DNA from: a virus
Taxonomy: Duplodnaviria > Caudoviricetes
Strand: one strand, 5' to 3'
Length of the DNA: 58,652 nt
IMG/VR virus record: IMGVR_UViG_3300025154_000110
Coordinates: 1-58,652 of that record
How positions within the stretch are numbered: position 1 is the first letter of the stretch; each line of letters starts with the position of its first letter. The position numbers were made by a program, and so were the translations under genes. Shown piece by piece: positions 27,821 to 36,219 of the stretch. The notes below the pieces were generated by a model. The model was not told the DNA's origin. It made no database searches and saw nothing but the letters and a program-made list of their open reading frames with translations.

Positions 27821-28714
27821 ATGACCACGAACAACTCGCCGGCCACCACCGGCAACCAGCAAACAGCAGTCGCACAGAAAACCATCGTTGACACCGTGGC
27901 GGGCCGCGTCCGCCAGTTCATCGCCAACGGAGAACTGCACCTGCCGGCAGACTACAGCCCGGAGAACGCCCTCAAGGCTGCGTACCTTGTCCTGCAGGAC
28001 ACCGTTGACAAAGAAAAGAACCCGGTCCTGCAATCCTGCACGCAGAACAGTATTTCCCTAGCCCTCCTCGATATGATTGTCCTGGGTCTTAACCCTCTCA
28101 AGAAGCAGTGCTATTTCATCGCCTACGGCAAGAATCTGGCCTGCCAGCGGTCATATTTCGGCGCCATGGCCATGGCCAAGCGCCTTGATCAGAGTATTGC
28201 CGACTTCGCCTATGAGGTCGTCTACGAAGGGGATGATGTCGAATACACCATCGTTAAGGGAAAGAAGACCGTCACTGGTCACAAGCAGAAGATGGAGAAT
28301 ATCAAAGACGACAAGATCATCGGCGCCTACGCTATGTCAATCGGCCATAACGGTGAAGTGATGGCCACCGAGTTGATGACGTTTGACCAGATCAAGAAGT
28401 CATGGAGGCAGTCAAAGAGCTATCCATTTGACAACAACGGGAACATCAAGCCCGATTCAACGCATGGGAAGTTCCCCAGGGCAATGTCCCTACGGACCGT
28501 GATCAACAAGCTCTGCAATCCGATCATCAACGCCAGTTCTGATATCAACCTACTGATCAAGTCAGCATCCAACAGGGCCGAGGAGATCTCGGCTGAGGTC
28601 GAATTCCAGGAAGAACTGGAGATCAACGCCAACACCGGGGAGATCATCGACATTGACCCGGTTGCTGATCAGTCGGCGGAGACCGGACCGGAGCAGCGCG
28701 GCCCGGGGTTCTGA
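27821..28714 (+). CDS. recT: RecT-family ssDNA annealing protein
   Basis: YSPENALKAA...GLNPLKKQCYFIAYG...RSYFG...VVYEGD. Confidence 0.85.
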   Translation: MTTNNSPATTGNQQTAVAQKTIVDTVAGRVRQFIANGELHLPADYSPENALKAAYLVLQDTVDKEKNPVLQSCTQNSISLALLDMIVLGLNPLKKQCYFIAYGKNLACQRSYFGAMAMAKRLDQSIADFAYEVVYEGDDVEYTIVKGKKTVTGHKQKMENIKDDKIIGAYAMSIGHNGEVMATELMTFDQIKKSWRQSKSYPFDNNGNIKPDSTHGKFPRAMSLRTVINKLCNPIINASSDINLLIKSASNRAEEISAEVEFQEELEINANTGEIIDIDPVADQSAETGPEQRGPGF

Positions 28715-28716
28715 CC

Positions 28717-29529
28717 ATGGGAGCAAACAGCGGAGTTTCCTGGTGCGATTACTCTCACGGATTCTGGTACGGCTGCCGGAAGGTTTCCCCAGGCTGCGTG
28801 AACTGCTACGCGGAGAGGCAAATGAAGCGTTTCGGCCTGGACTTCGATACCGTGACCCGGGCCAAGGGGTTCAGCAAACCGCTCAGATGGAAAAAGCCGG
28901 GACGTGTATTTGTCAATCCCTGGTCTGACTTTTTCCATGAGGACGCCGACGCCTGGAGGGAGGAGGCGTGGGAGATCATGCGCCGGACCCCGCATTTGAC
29001 CTACATTCTGTTGACCAAGCGGCCGGAGAATATTACTGGCCGGCTACCTCTGGCATACGAGGCTTTTGGTGCGTGTTGGCCTTTACCAAATGTTTGGCTG
29101 GGCGTGACGGCGGAAAATCAGGAGATGGCCGACAAGCGGATACCTCTGCTGCTGTCGATCCCGGCCGCGGTCCGCTTTGTCTCGGTCGAGCCGATGATAG
29201 GGGAAATAAAATTCAATACCTACGCATTAACCGGGCGGCCATGTTTTGTTTGCAAAATTGAGGATGAACTACATGAAAAGCGCGGGACGCAGAGCCATCC
29301 TATTAATTGCGGGTGGAGAAAAGATATTGGGCAAGGAGATGGCGGAATTGACTGGGTAATATGTGGAGGGGAGTCGGGGGTATTCGCCAGAGGAATGAAG
29401 CCGGAATGGGCGCTTTCCTTGAAAGAGCAATGCGCAGCGGCGGGCGTTCCTTTTTTCATGAAGCAGATGAGCGGCCGGCAACCGATACCGGGCTACCTGC
29501 AGGGGCAGGAATTCCCGGTAACAGTATAA
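28717..29529 (+). CDS. DUF5131 (phage Gp37Gp68-like) protein
   Basis: GCRKVSPGCVNCYAER, SDFFH, LTKRP, SVEP, DWVICGGESG. Confidence 0.9.
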   Translation: MGANSGVSWCDYSHGFWYGCRKVSPGCVNCYAERQMKRFGLDFDTVTRAKGFSKPLRWKKPGRVFVNPWSDFFHEDADAWREEAWEIMRRTPHLTYILLTKRPENITGRLPLAYEAFGACWPLPNVWLGVTAENQEMADKRIPLLLSIPAAVRFVSVEPMIGEIKFNTYALTGRPCFVCKIEDELHEKRGTQSHPINCGWRKDIGQGDGGIDWVICGGESGVFARGMKPEWALSLKEQCAAAGVPFFMKQMSGRQPIPGYLQGQEFPVTV

Positions 29530-29563
29530 TTTTCCGAATCAAAACAAAGGAGATCGAGCAAGT

Positions 29564-30277
29564 ATGAAACCAATCCAAATATCCGGCAAAAACCTTGCGG
29601 CTCTGGCCATGCCCGACGCATGTACGCGCTGCTTCTGGATAAAAAACACCGTCAAGCAACTGCCGTATCAGATATTCCCTGGAATTTTTTCCAGTCTTGA
29701 CAGTTATATAAAGAAGGTTGTCCACGCCTATTTCGACAATTACCACCAAGCCCCGCCCTGGCTGCCCGAGCTGCAGAAGGCCGGCGCGGTCAAATACCTG
29801 CCTGCCCTGCACTGGTCAAAATTCAAGCGGCTCGACCCTGCAACCGGCAAGATCGGAAGAGCGTCTGTGGATGACCTGTTCTTGTGCGATGACGGGGCGC
29901 TGGTCCTCCCTGACTACAAGACCGCGAAGTTCACCGAAAACGCCGACAAGCTGCTGCCGCTCTACTTCGGCCAGCTCAATGCGTACCGATGGATACAGGA
30001 CAGTTTCGGTCAGGGCAAGGTCAAAGCATTGCCGCTGATCTACTGCGAGCCGGTGACGGATTTCTCCCCAGAGACGGTGGACGGCCAGCGCTATACCACG
30101 GACGGATATGCCCTGTTGTTCCGGACGAAAGAAGTGCTGGTGGACATGGATGATGGACTGGTGCCCGACCTGCTGGCGCGAGCAAAGGAGATACTGACGC
30201 AGGCGAAGGCGCCTAAAGCTACCGCGGGGTGTAGTGATTGCGAGAAACTGACGACGATGATTGCTATTGCGGCATGA
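29564..30277 (+). CDS. PD-(D/E)XK Cas4/RecB-like exonuclease
   Basis: CTRCFW...VDDL...PDYKT...QLNAY...CSDC. Confidence 0.78.
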   Translation: MKPIQISGKNLAALAMPDACTRCFWIKNTVKQLPYQIFPGIFSSLDSYIKKVVHAYFDNYHQAPPWLPELQKAGAVKYLPALHWSKFKRLDPATGKIGRASVDDLFLCDDGALVLPDYKTAKFTENADKLLPLYFGQLNAYRWIQDSFGQGKVKALPLIYCEPVTDFSPETVDGQRYTTDGYALLFRTKEVLVDMDDGLVPDLLARAKEILTQAKAPKATAGCSDCEKLTTMIAIAA

Positions 30278-30972
30278 TCGACATCAAGACCATAGCCAGC
30301 TCCAGCGCCGGCAACTGCTACCTGATCAGCGACGGGAAAACCTCGCTCCTCCTGGAGGCCGGCGTCAGGGTTTCCAGGCTGCGGCAATCTGTCAATCTGT
30401 CAACACTTGCCGGATGTCTGTGTTCCCATGGCCACAAAGATCATTCAAAGGCCGTGCCGGACCTGATCAAGGCCGCGGTAGACTGCTACATGAGCGCCGG
30501 GACCGCCGGGGAGATCGGCGCAACCGGCCACAGGGTACACCTGATCAAAGCGGGAGAGCAGGTCAAAATCGGCACCTGGACCGTGGTCCCATTCGACACG
30601 ATCCACGACGCTGCTGAGCCTTTCGGATTTCTTCTGGCAAGCGGAGATGATAAGTTGCTTTTTGCAACGGATACAGCCTATATACGGAACAGATTTAAAG
30701 GGCTGTCTAATATAATGATCGAATGTAACTATAATGACGATGTTTTAGCGAGTAATGTCCAGGGCGGAGCCGTGTCGTTGCAGCAGAAAAAGCGGCTCCT
30801 GTTTTCACATATGGGCCTTGCGCAAACGCTTGAATTTCTCCGGGAAACTGATCGCTCACGGCTGCGCGAGGTGTGGTTGCTCCATGCCAGCAGCGGAAAT
30901 TCTGACGTGGCAGAGATGCGGCGCCAGGTACAGGGGGCGGTTGGAGTTCCGGTTTACATTTGTGATGAATAG
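30274..30972 (+). CDS. MBL-fold metallo-hydrolase (YycJ-like exonuclease)
   Basis: SSSAGNCY, SHGHKDH, HDA, ATDT, IECNY, SHM, LLH.S. Confidence 0.88.
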   Translation: MIDIKTIASSSAGNCYLISDGKTSLLLEAGVRVSRLRQSVNLSTLAGCLCSHGHKDHSKAVPDLIKAAVDCYMSAGTAGEIGATGHRVHLIKAGEQVKIGTWTVVPFDTIHDAAEPFGFLLASGDDKLLFATDTAYIRNRFKGLSNIMIECNYNDDVLASNVQGGAVSLQQKKRLLFSHMGLAQTLEFLRETDRSRLREVWLLHASSGNSDVAEMRRQVQGAVGVPVYICDE

Positions 30973-30984
30973 AGGGAGGGGAAA

Positions 30985-31842
30985 TTGAGCCGGTATAGGA
31001 AAATTGATCCGATCATCTGGAACGACGAAAAATTCAGGGCGCTGAACGACAAGGAGCGGCTGTTTTTCCTGTATCTGCTCACGTCGCCGCACTCAACAGC
31101 GTGGGGGGCCTACTTGATCGACGATCTCTACATTCAGGCTGACCTCGGGTACTCCGCTCAGATTGTAAAATCATGTTGGGAAAGTCTGGTTGAGCGTAAT
31201 CTGGTTATTCGTTGCGACTCGACCAGGCTAGTATGCTTCCCCAACTGGTTTAAATACAACCTTCCTGTCAATGAAAAGTCAAAAATAGTCTGCCTGAACG
31301 GGATTCTCGGTCTCCCAAAAAGCAAAGCATTACAACAATTTATATCAAGTTCGGAGTGGGTTATGGAGCAGTTAGCTAACAGGGAGCTAACTGTTAGGGT
31401 ATGGGTAGACAGTGAACAGGAACAGGAACAGGAACAGGAACAGGAACAGGAACAGGAACAGGAACAGGAACAGGAACCCCCTAAAGGGGGTGTAGGGGGT
31501 GTGATTAACGGTCAGCAGGTGAAGATTGTTTTTGATCACTGGAAAAACAGGCTCAATCACACTCACGCTCAACTTGGGGAAAAGCGGAAAAAGGCAATCC
31601 TCGACAGACTCAAAGAGGGCTACTCTCCGGAACAACTCTGCCTGGCAATCAACGGATGTGCATTATCAGCTTTCCACCAGGGGGCGAACGACAAGGCCCA
31701 GGTCTACGACGCAATCGAATTAATCTGCAGGGACGCAGAACACGTTGACAGATTCATCAAAATAGCAACCCAGGGAAACCCGCAACTCTCGCCAGCCGGA
31801 ATAAAGACGGCTATGGCGGCACAGGAGTTCATCAATGGTTGA
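30985..31842 (+). CDS. Lambda O-like replication initiator
   Basis: YRKIDPIIWNDEKF..L...LFFLYLLTSPH N-terminal HTH; EQ linker; conserved C-terminal domain. Confidence 0.8.
   Translation: MSRYRKIDPIIWNDEKFRALNDKERLFFLYLLTSPHSTAWGAYLIDDLYIQADLGYSAQIVKSCWESLVERNLVIRCDSTRLVCFPNWFKYNLPVNEKSKIVCLNGILGLPKSKALQQFISSSEWVMEQLANRELTVRVWVDSEQEQEQEQEQEQEQEQEQEQEPPKGGVGGVINGQQVKIVFDHWKNRLNHTHAQLGEKRKKAILDRLKEGYSPEQLCLAINGCALSAFHQGANDKAQVYDAIELICRDAEHVDRFIKIATQGNPQLSPAGIKTAMAAQEFING
31369..31477. repeat. Inverted repeat plus (GAACAG)x10 in the initiator linker; likely origin region
   Basis: CAGTTAGCT (31369-77) / AGCTAACTG (31385-93); ten perfect hexamers 31414-31473. Confidence 0.7.
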
Positions 31843-32485
31843 TGACGATAAAAAAAGATTTGCAGAAGTGTTGACCGCTACCAGCGAACTGTACGGAAAA
31901 TCATTTTCGATTCCGGCGATGCGGATTTGGTTTGCGGCCCTCATGCAGCACGATATCGGCGCCGTGGCCGATGCGTTCAGCCGGCATGTGGCGTCGCCTG
32001 ACGGGAAGTTTATGCCGGTCCCGGCGGACATCATCAGGCTCATTGAGGGGTCAACCCAGGACGCGGCACTCCTGGCATGGACTAAATTCACCGATGCACT
32101 GGAAAGGGTCGGAACATACCAGACGGTAGTGTTCGACGATCCGATAATCCATACCGTGGCCGACGACATGGGCGGGTGGGTGCAGTTCGGCTCAACGCCG
32201 ATTGACGAGATGAGGTTTCGCGGCCTGGAATTTCAGCGCCGATATCAGGCGTACAAGCAGCGGGCCGGGGATATCCGGTATCCTTCAAAACTGATAGGGA
32301 TCTCCGAGGCTGACAATCGGCAGCGGGGGTACAATGATGCGGTTCCGGAGCCACTCTTAATCGGTGACAGAGAAAAAGCGCAACAGGTTTTATTGGCCGG
32401 AGGCATCGGCCCGAGGCTGGAGATATCGACACTTGGGTCAGCTTTAAAAATGCTCCCGGACATCGAGAGCGATGAGGCCGCATGA
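31835..32485 (+). CDS. DUF6475-type helicase loader-like protein
   Basis: FMPVPADII..IEG...VGTYQTVVFDDPIIH...MGGW; follows the initiator. Confidence 0.75.
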   Translation: MVDDDKKRFAEVLTATSELYGKSFSIPAMRIWFAALMQHDIGAVADAFSRHVASPDGKFMPVPADIIRLIEGSTQDAALLAWTKFTDALERVGTYQTVVFDDPIIHTVADDMGGWVQFGSTPIDEMRFRGLEFQRRYQAYKQRAGDIRYPSKLIGISEADNRQRGYNDAVPEPLLIGDREKAQQVLLAGGIGPRLEISTLGSALKMLPDIESDEAA

Positions 32486-32967
32486 AAAAGACCGTCCACC
32501 TCAACACCGAGGAAACCCGGCAACTGGTCATTGAGATCATCGCCGGGCTCTCTCTGGATCACGATGTGGAGGTAAGGCCGCACCGGGCAGCACGGAGCCT
32601 GAACCAGAACGCACTGTACTGGGAGTGGGTGACGATCTACGCTGAGGCACTCGGGCACACGAAAGACGAATTGCATTTTGATCTGAAGATGCGGCACCTA
32701 AAGCCAATCTTCACCCGGGACGACGAAGCATACGCCGACCTTCTTGAACTGCTCAGGGAGGAGTGGAGCCGGGGAAACAAAGAGCGGGCAAACAGGCTGT
32801 ACCGGAAGCTGATCGAGATGACCAGCACGACCAGGGCCGGCCGGAAGCAAATGGCCGAGTACATGGAGCAGGTGGAGTTAGAGGCGGCCGGCAACAGATG
32901 CGTATTACCGAGGCCGGCCGATAGGCAAAAAGAGTTTGAGGAGACTGCGTATGTCGAAAATCACTGA
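32482..32967 (+). CDS. NinB/Orf-like recombination protein
   Basis: RSLNQNALYWEW...STT...MAEYMEQV. Confidence 0.75.
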   Translation: MKKTVHLNTEETRQLVIEIIAGLSLDHDVEVRPHRAARSLNQNALYWEWVTIYAEALGHTKDELHFDLKMRHLKPIFTRDDEAYADLLELLREEWSRGNKERANRLYRKLIEMTSTTRAGRKQMAEYMEQVELEAAGNRCVLPRPADRQKEFEETAYVENH

Positions 32968-33262
32968 AAGCGCCAACGGTAAGGCCTGCACGGTGCGGCT
33001 CCCCGGCTGCAAGATGGACAACGAAACCACCGTCCACGCTCACCTGCGAATGGCCGGAACAGGCATGGCAAAAAAGGAAATTGACATCCTGGGCGCCAGG
33101 TCCTGCGCATACTGCCATGACGTTGTTGACGGTCGCCGCCGGCCGCCTGACGGATACGAGGGGAGGGACGTGGATATCGCGTTTCATGAGGGGATATTTC
33201 GGACGCAGCGGCAATTGATCGAAGAGGGACTTGTCAAAATAGGGGGCAAAAATGGCAAATGA
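32951..33262 (+). CDS. DUF1364 (YbcO-like) putative nuclease
   Basis: SKITESANGKACTVRLPGC...TTVHAH...CAYCHDVVDGR. Confidence 0.85.
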   Translation: MSKITESANGKACTVRLPGCKMDNETTVHAHLRMAGTGMAKKEIDILGARSCAYCHDVVDGRRRPPDGYEGRDVDIAFHEGIFRTQRQLIEEGLVKIGGKNGK

Positions 33263-33455
33263 TTACGTCGAGCAACGCAACAGGCTGATCCCTTTAGCCG
33301 AGGCTGACGCTAACAGGAGGATGCAAAAACGACTGATCAAATCAGAGAAGCGGAAACATCCGCGGCACGGGCAGATGTATGAGCATGATTTCTGGTGCGA
33401 ATATTTTCACGATGCGATGGAAAAGCTGATGCGGCGGGAGAGGAAAAAGAAATGA
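33252..33455 (+). CDS. Small hypothetical protein
   Basis: RNRLIPLAE.DAN...W...FH.AM. Confidence 0.6.
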   Translation: MANDYVEQRNRLIPLAEADANRRMQKRLIKSEKRKHPRHGQMYEHDFWCEYFHDAMEKLMRRERKKK

Positions 33456-33646
33456 TCCTGACCCCACTCGATGCACGGGAGCGCGAGATAGCAGCAGCCG
33501 CAATCCAGGCAGCGCGAAACGTTAAGGCTGGGAAGTTTACCGGGCAGATCAAAATGATTTTGAATTGTAACGGCGGAGATATCCGTATGCCGCCGCGCTG
33601 GGAGATGAGCGGCGAGGCGTTGATTATTGTGGTGGGGAAAGAGTAG
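33452..33646 (+). CDS. Small protein, DUF2292/YezD-like; candidate late antiterminator
   Basis: KFTGQIKMILNCNGGDI; last early gene, directly before the late promoter and attenuator B (the Q position). Confidence 0.5.
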   Translation: MILTPLDAREREIAAAAIQAARNVKAGKFTGQIKMILNCNGGDIRMPPRWEMSGEALIIVVGKE

Positions 33647-33659
33647 CGTAAAAAATAAT

Positions 33660-33688
33660 TTGACAAGTTCCCGGTTTTATCCGATAAT
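33660..33688 (+). promoter_or_regulatory. Late promoter
   Basis: TTGACA-N17-GATAAT. Confidence 0.75.
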
Positions 33689-33701
33689 TGAATTGAAAAC
33701 T

Positions 33702-33798
33702 GAATAACTTCGGCTCCTGAAGTTCCCGGTAACCAAGCCGGATCAACTGAGGCCCGACAATGCAGCTCCAGCGTGAGTTAGCACTGTCGGGCCTTTTT
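33702..33798 (+). ncRNA. Structured leader/attenuator RNA, copy B
   Basis: GAATAACTTCGGCTCC...GAGGCCCGACA...TGTCGGGCCTTTTT; paralog of 9386-9483. Confidence 0.7.
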
Positions 33799-33818
33799 GC
33801 GTTTATGGGGGTGCGGCA

Positions 33819-33989
33819 ATGGATGACATGGCGGACCTGGGAAAAATCCTGCAAGGCGATTCGATGGCCGATCTGTTCAGCGATGATTTTACCCCGGTCG
33901 AGTCAACACTGCAGCAGGCCAAGGAGATCAACGAGGCCGCGGCCCGCCGGTACGTCCTGGACCAGCGTCCCGAATGGAGAGATGAGTGA
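33819..33989 (+). CDS. 56-aa acidic protein (not in ORF track)
   Basis: GGGGGTG SD; MDDMADLGKILQG...RPEWRDE. Confidence 0.6.
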   Translation: MDDMADLGKILQGDSMADLFSDDFTPVESTLQQAKEINEAAARRYVLDQRPEWRDE

Positions 33990-34090
33990 CAGAGATAGCC
34001 AGTCAGGTCATCTTTCTGTGGCAGCCAGCAATAATCACGTTAGGTATTGCCATAGTCGCAGCAATTCTTGCGTGGATTTATAGCAAATGA
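33986..34090 (+). CDS. 34-aa membrane peptide (not in ORF track)
   Basis: GTGA overlap; MTEIASQVIFLWQPAIITLGIAIVAAILAWIYSK. Confidence 0.45.
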   Translation: MTEIASQVIFLWQPAIITLGIAIVAAILAWIYSK

Positions 34091-34142
34091 ATACAACCTG
34101 TAGCATGACAGATCAAAAATTATCAGCCGGTGGTGTAAAGTA

Positions 34143-34736
34143 GTGGCCGGAGCAGATTACGGCGTCATAGAGCCAGAGTGGAGAGCCGGGATATTGACCG
34201 TCCGGCAGCTTTCCGCGCTTTATGAGGAGAGGACCGGCGGCAAATTATCGCACCAGGCGATAACCAAATATTTCACCAAGTTCGACATCCCCCGTGATCT
34301 CAGCGCAAAGATCAAGGCCAAGGCTGATGCACTGGTTGCCAAAGCGGCGGTTGCCAAAACGGTTGCCAAAGCAACAGAGTCGTCAACCGTTGATGCAAAT
34401 GCACACGCCCAAGCCGATGTCATCCTCTCTCACCGTACTGATGTACCGCAGCAGAGGGAGCTGGTCCGAAAGCTCGCCGCCGAGGTCGATGCCCTGACCG
34501 ACAACAAGGAACTCGTTGAGCAGATGACGCTGGCTCTGGAATCCGGAGACATGGAAAAGCTGGCAGGCGTTGCTCAAAAGGTAGCGAGCTTGCCGATGCG
34601 GATAAAGGGCGCCGTTGAGCTGGTAGGAGCGCTGAAGAGTTTGGTCGAACTGGAGCGCAAGGTGTTTGGAATCGAGAGCCAACCGGCCGGGAATACAATC
34701 GAAGATCTCCTGGAGAAGCTCGATGCCTGCGATTGA
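34143..34736 (+). CDS. Terminase small subunit
   Basis: IEPEWRAGILTVRQL HTH, RDLSAKIKAKADALV, LVELERKVFGI; precedes TerL. Confidence 0.8.
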   Translation: MAGADYGVIEPEWRAGILTVRQLSALYEERTGGKLSHQAITKYFTKFDIPRDLSAKIKAKADALVAKAAVAKTVAKATESSTVDANAHAQADVILSHRTDVPQQRELVRKLAAEVDALTDNKELVEQMTLALESGDMEKLAGVAQKVASLPMRIKGAVELVGALKSLVELERKVFGIESQPAGNTIEDLLEKLDACD

Positions 34737-36219
34737 TGTGCTCCGCGAGCTCAGGAGAAACTATCCGCTCTACGCTTCGCAATACCTGCGGATTAAGGAC
34801 AAGGACGGAAAAATTGTTCCACTCGCGCTGAACCGGGCACAGCAATATGTGCATGAGCAGATCGAGAACCAGTTGCGCGAGACCGGCCGGGTCCGGGTGC
34901 TGGTGCTTAAAGGTCGGCAGCAGGGGATTTCCACCTACACCGAAGGCCGACTTTACTGGAGAACGACGCTGAACGGGGGAAAGACGGCTTTTATCCTGAC
35001 GCATGAGGACAAAGCAACGACCAATATTTTCGGTATGGCCAAGAACTACCACGACAACCTGCCGCCCGCCCTTCGCCCGCACACTGGAGCAAGCAACGCG
35101 AACGAACTGGTATTTGACCGGCTGAAAAGCAGGTATGCAGTCGGGACGGCTAGGACAACCGGGACAGGACGGAGTTTCACCGTTCACTATTTCCACGGGT
35201 CTGAAGCCGCGTTTTGGCTGAACGCCAAAGACCATCTGGCAGGCCTGGGGCAAACTGTCCCCGACCTGCCAGGAACCGAGATCATCATCGAGAGCACGGC
35301 GAACGGAATCGGGAATATGTTCCACACGATGACCATGCAGGCTATGCGCGGAGAAGGCGACTACCGGCTGATATTCGTTCCATGGTACTGGCAGCCGGAA
35401 TACACCCGGGAAGTGCCGGAAGGCTGGTCGATGACCGAGGAAGAGCTTGAATACAAGGCCATTTACGATCTCACAGACGGCCAGATGGTATGGCGCCGGG
35501 CGAAGGTCGAGACGGATTTCCAGGGAGATTCGGGGCTGTTTGACCAGGAATACCCGGCAAGTATCGCTCTGGCGTTTCGGTCCTCAACACTTGGGAGCTA
35601 CCTGGAGCTGCCGCTGATTGAAAAAGCGATGTCCACGGATATTCAGCCGGACGAACAGGCCCCGAAGATTATGGGGGTTGACCCGGCCGAGTACGGCGAG
35701 GATGCCTCCGCGATAGCCTGCCGACAAGGAAGGGTTGTGCTACCTATTGACCGTTACCGCAAGAAGGGAACGATGGAGATTGTTGGGCTGACTGCAATCA
35801 AGGCCGATGCCTGGAAGCCGGACGCTATCAATGTTGATTGTACCGGAATTGGCTCTGGGGTTGCCGACAGGCTCCTTGAACTCGGATACCCAGTGAACAG
35901 GGTCCATAACGGAGAAAGGGCTGTTGAAGAAGCCCTATATATCCGCCGTAAAGAAGAGATGTACGGCGCGTTCAAGAAGTGGCTCGAAGATTCTCCGTGC
36001 TCACTGCCAAACGATGAAGTGCTGAAGACCGACATGGTTGGGCCTACCTACAGTTACGATTCATCAAGGCGACTGGTAATGGAGAGCAAGGAGAAAATGA
36101 AAGCCCGCGGGATACCGTCTCCGGATAGCGCCGATGCTGTAGCCCTGACATTCGCCGTGAGGATAGCCGCGAGGAAGCAGCAACCCCGCCGCGCCCCAGC
36201 AAACTGGAGAGTCGCCTGA
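34723..36219 (+). CDS. Terminase large subunit
   Basis: LKGRQQGIST Walker A, FHGSEAAFW, IESTANG, MGVDPA, SPDSADA. Confidence 0.93.
   Translation: MPAIDVLRELRRNYPLYASQYLRIKDKDGKIVPLALNRAQQYVHEQIENQLRETGRVRVLVLKGRQQGISTYTEGRLYWRTTLNGGKTAFILTHEDKATTNIFGMAKNYHDNLPPALRPHTGASNANELVFDRLKSRYAVGTARTTGTGRSFTVHYFHGSEAAFWLNAKDHLAGLGQTVPDLPGTEIIIESTANGIGNMFHTMTMQAMRGEGDYRLIFVPWYWQPEYTREVPEGWSMTEEELEYKAIYDLTDGQMVWRRAKVETDFQGDSGLFDQEYPASIALAFRSSTLGSYLELPLIEKAMSTDIQPDEQAPKIMGVDPAEYGEDASAIACRQGRVVLPIDRYRKKGTMEIVGLTAIKADAWKPDAINVDCTGIGSGVADRLLELGYPVNRVHNGERAVEEALYIRRKEEMYGAFKKWLEDSPCSLPNDEVLKTDMVGPTYSYDSSRRLVMESKEKMKARGIPSPDSADAVALTFAVRIAARKQQPRRAPANWRVA

Noticed and set aside
29564-30277. Cas4-like gene as evidence of a CRISPR system
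   Set aside because: Solo PD-(D/E)XK nuclease in a RecT recombination operon, with no array or other cas genes.
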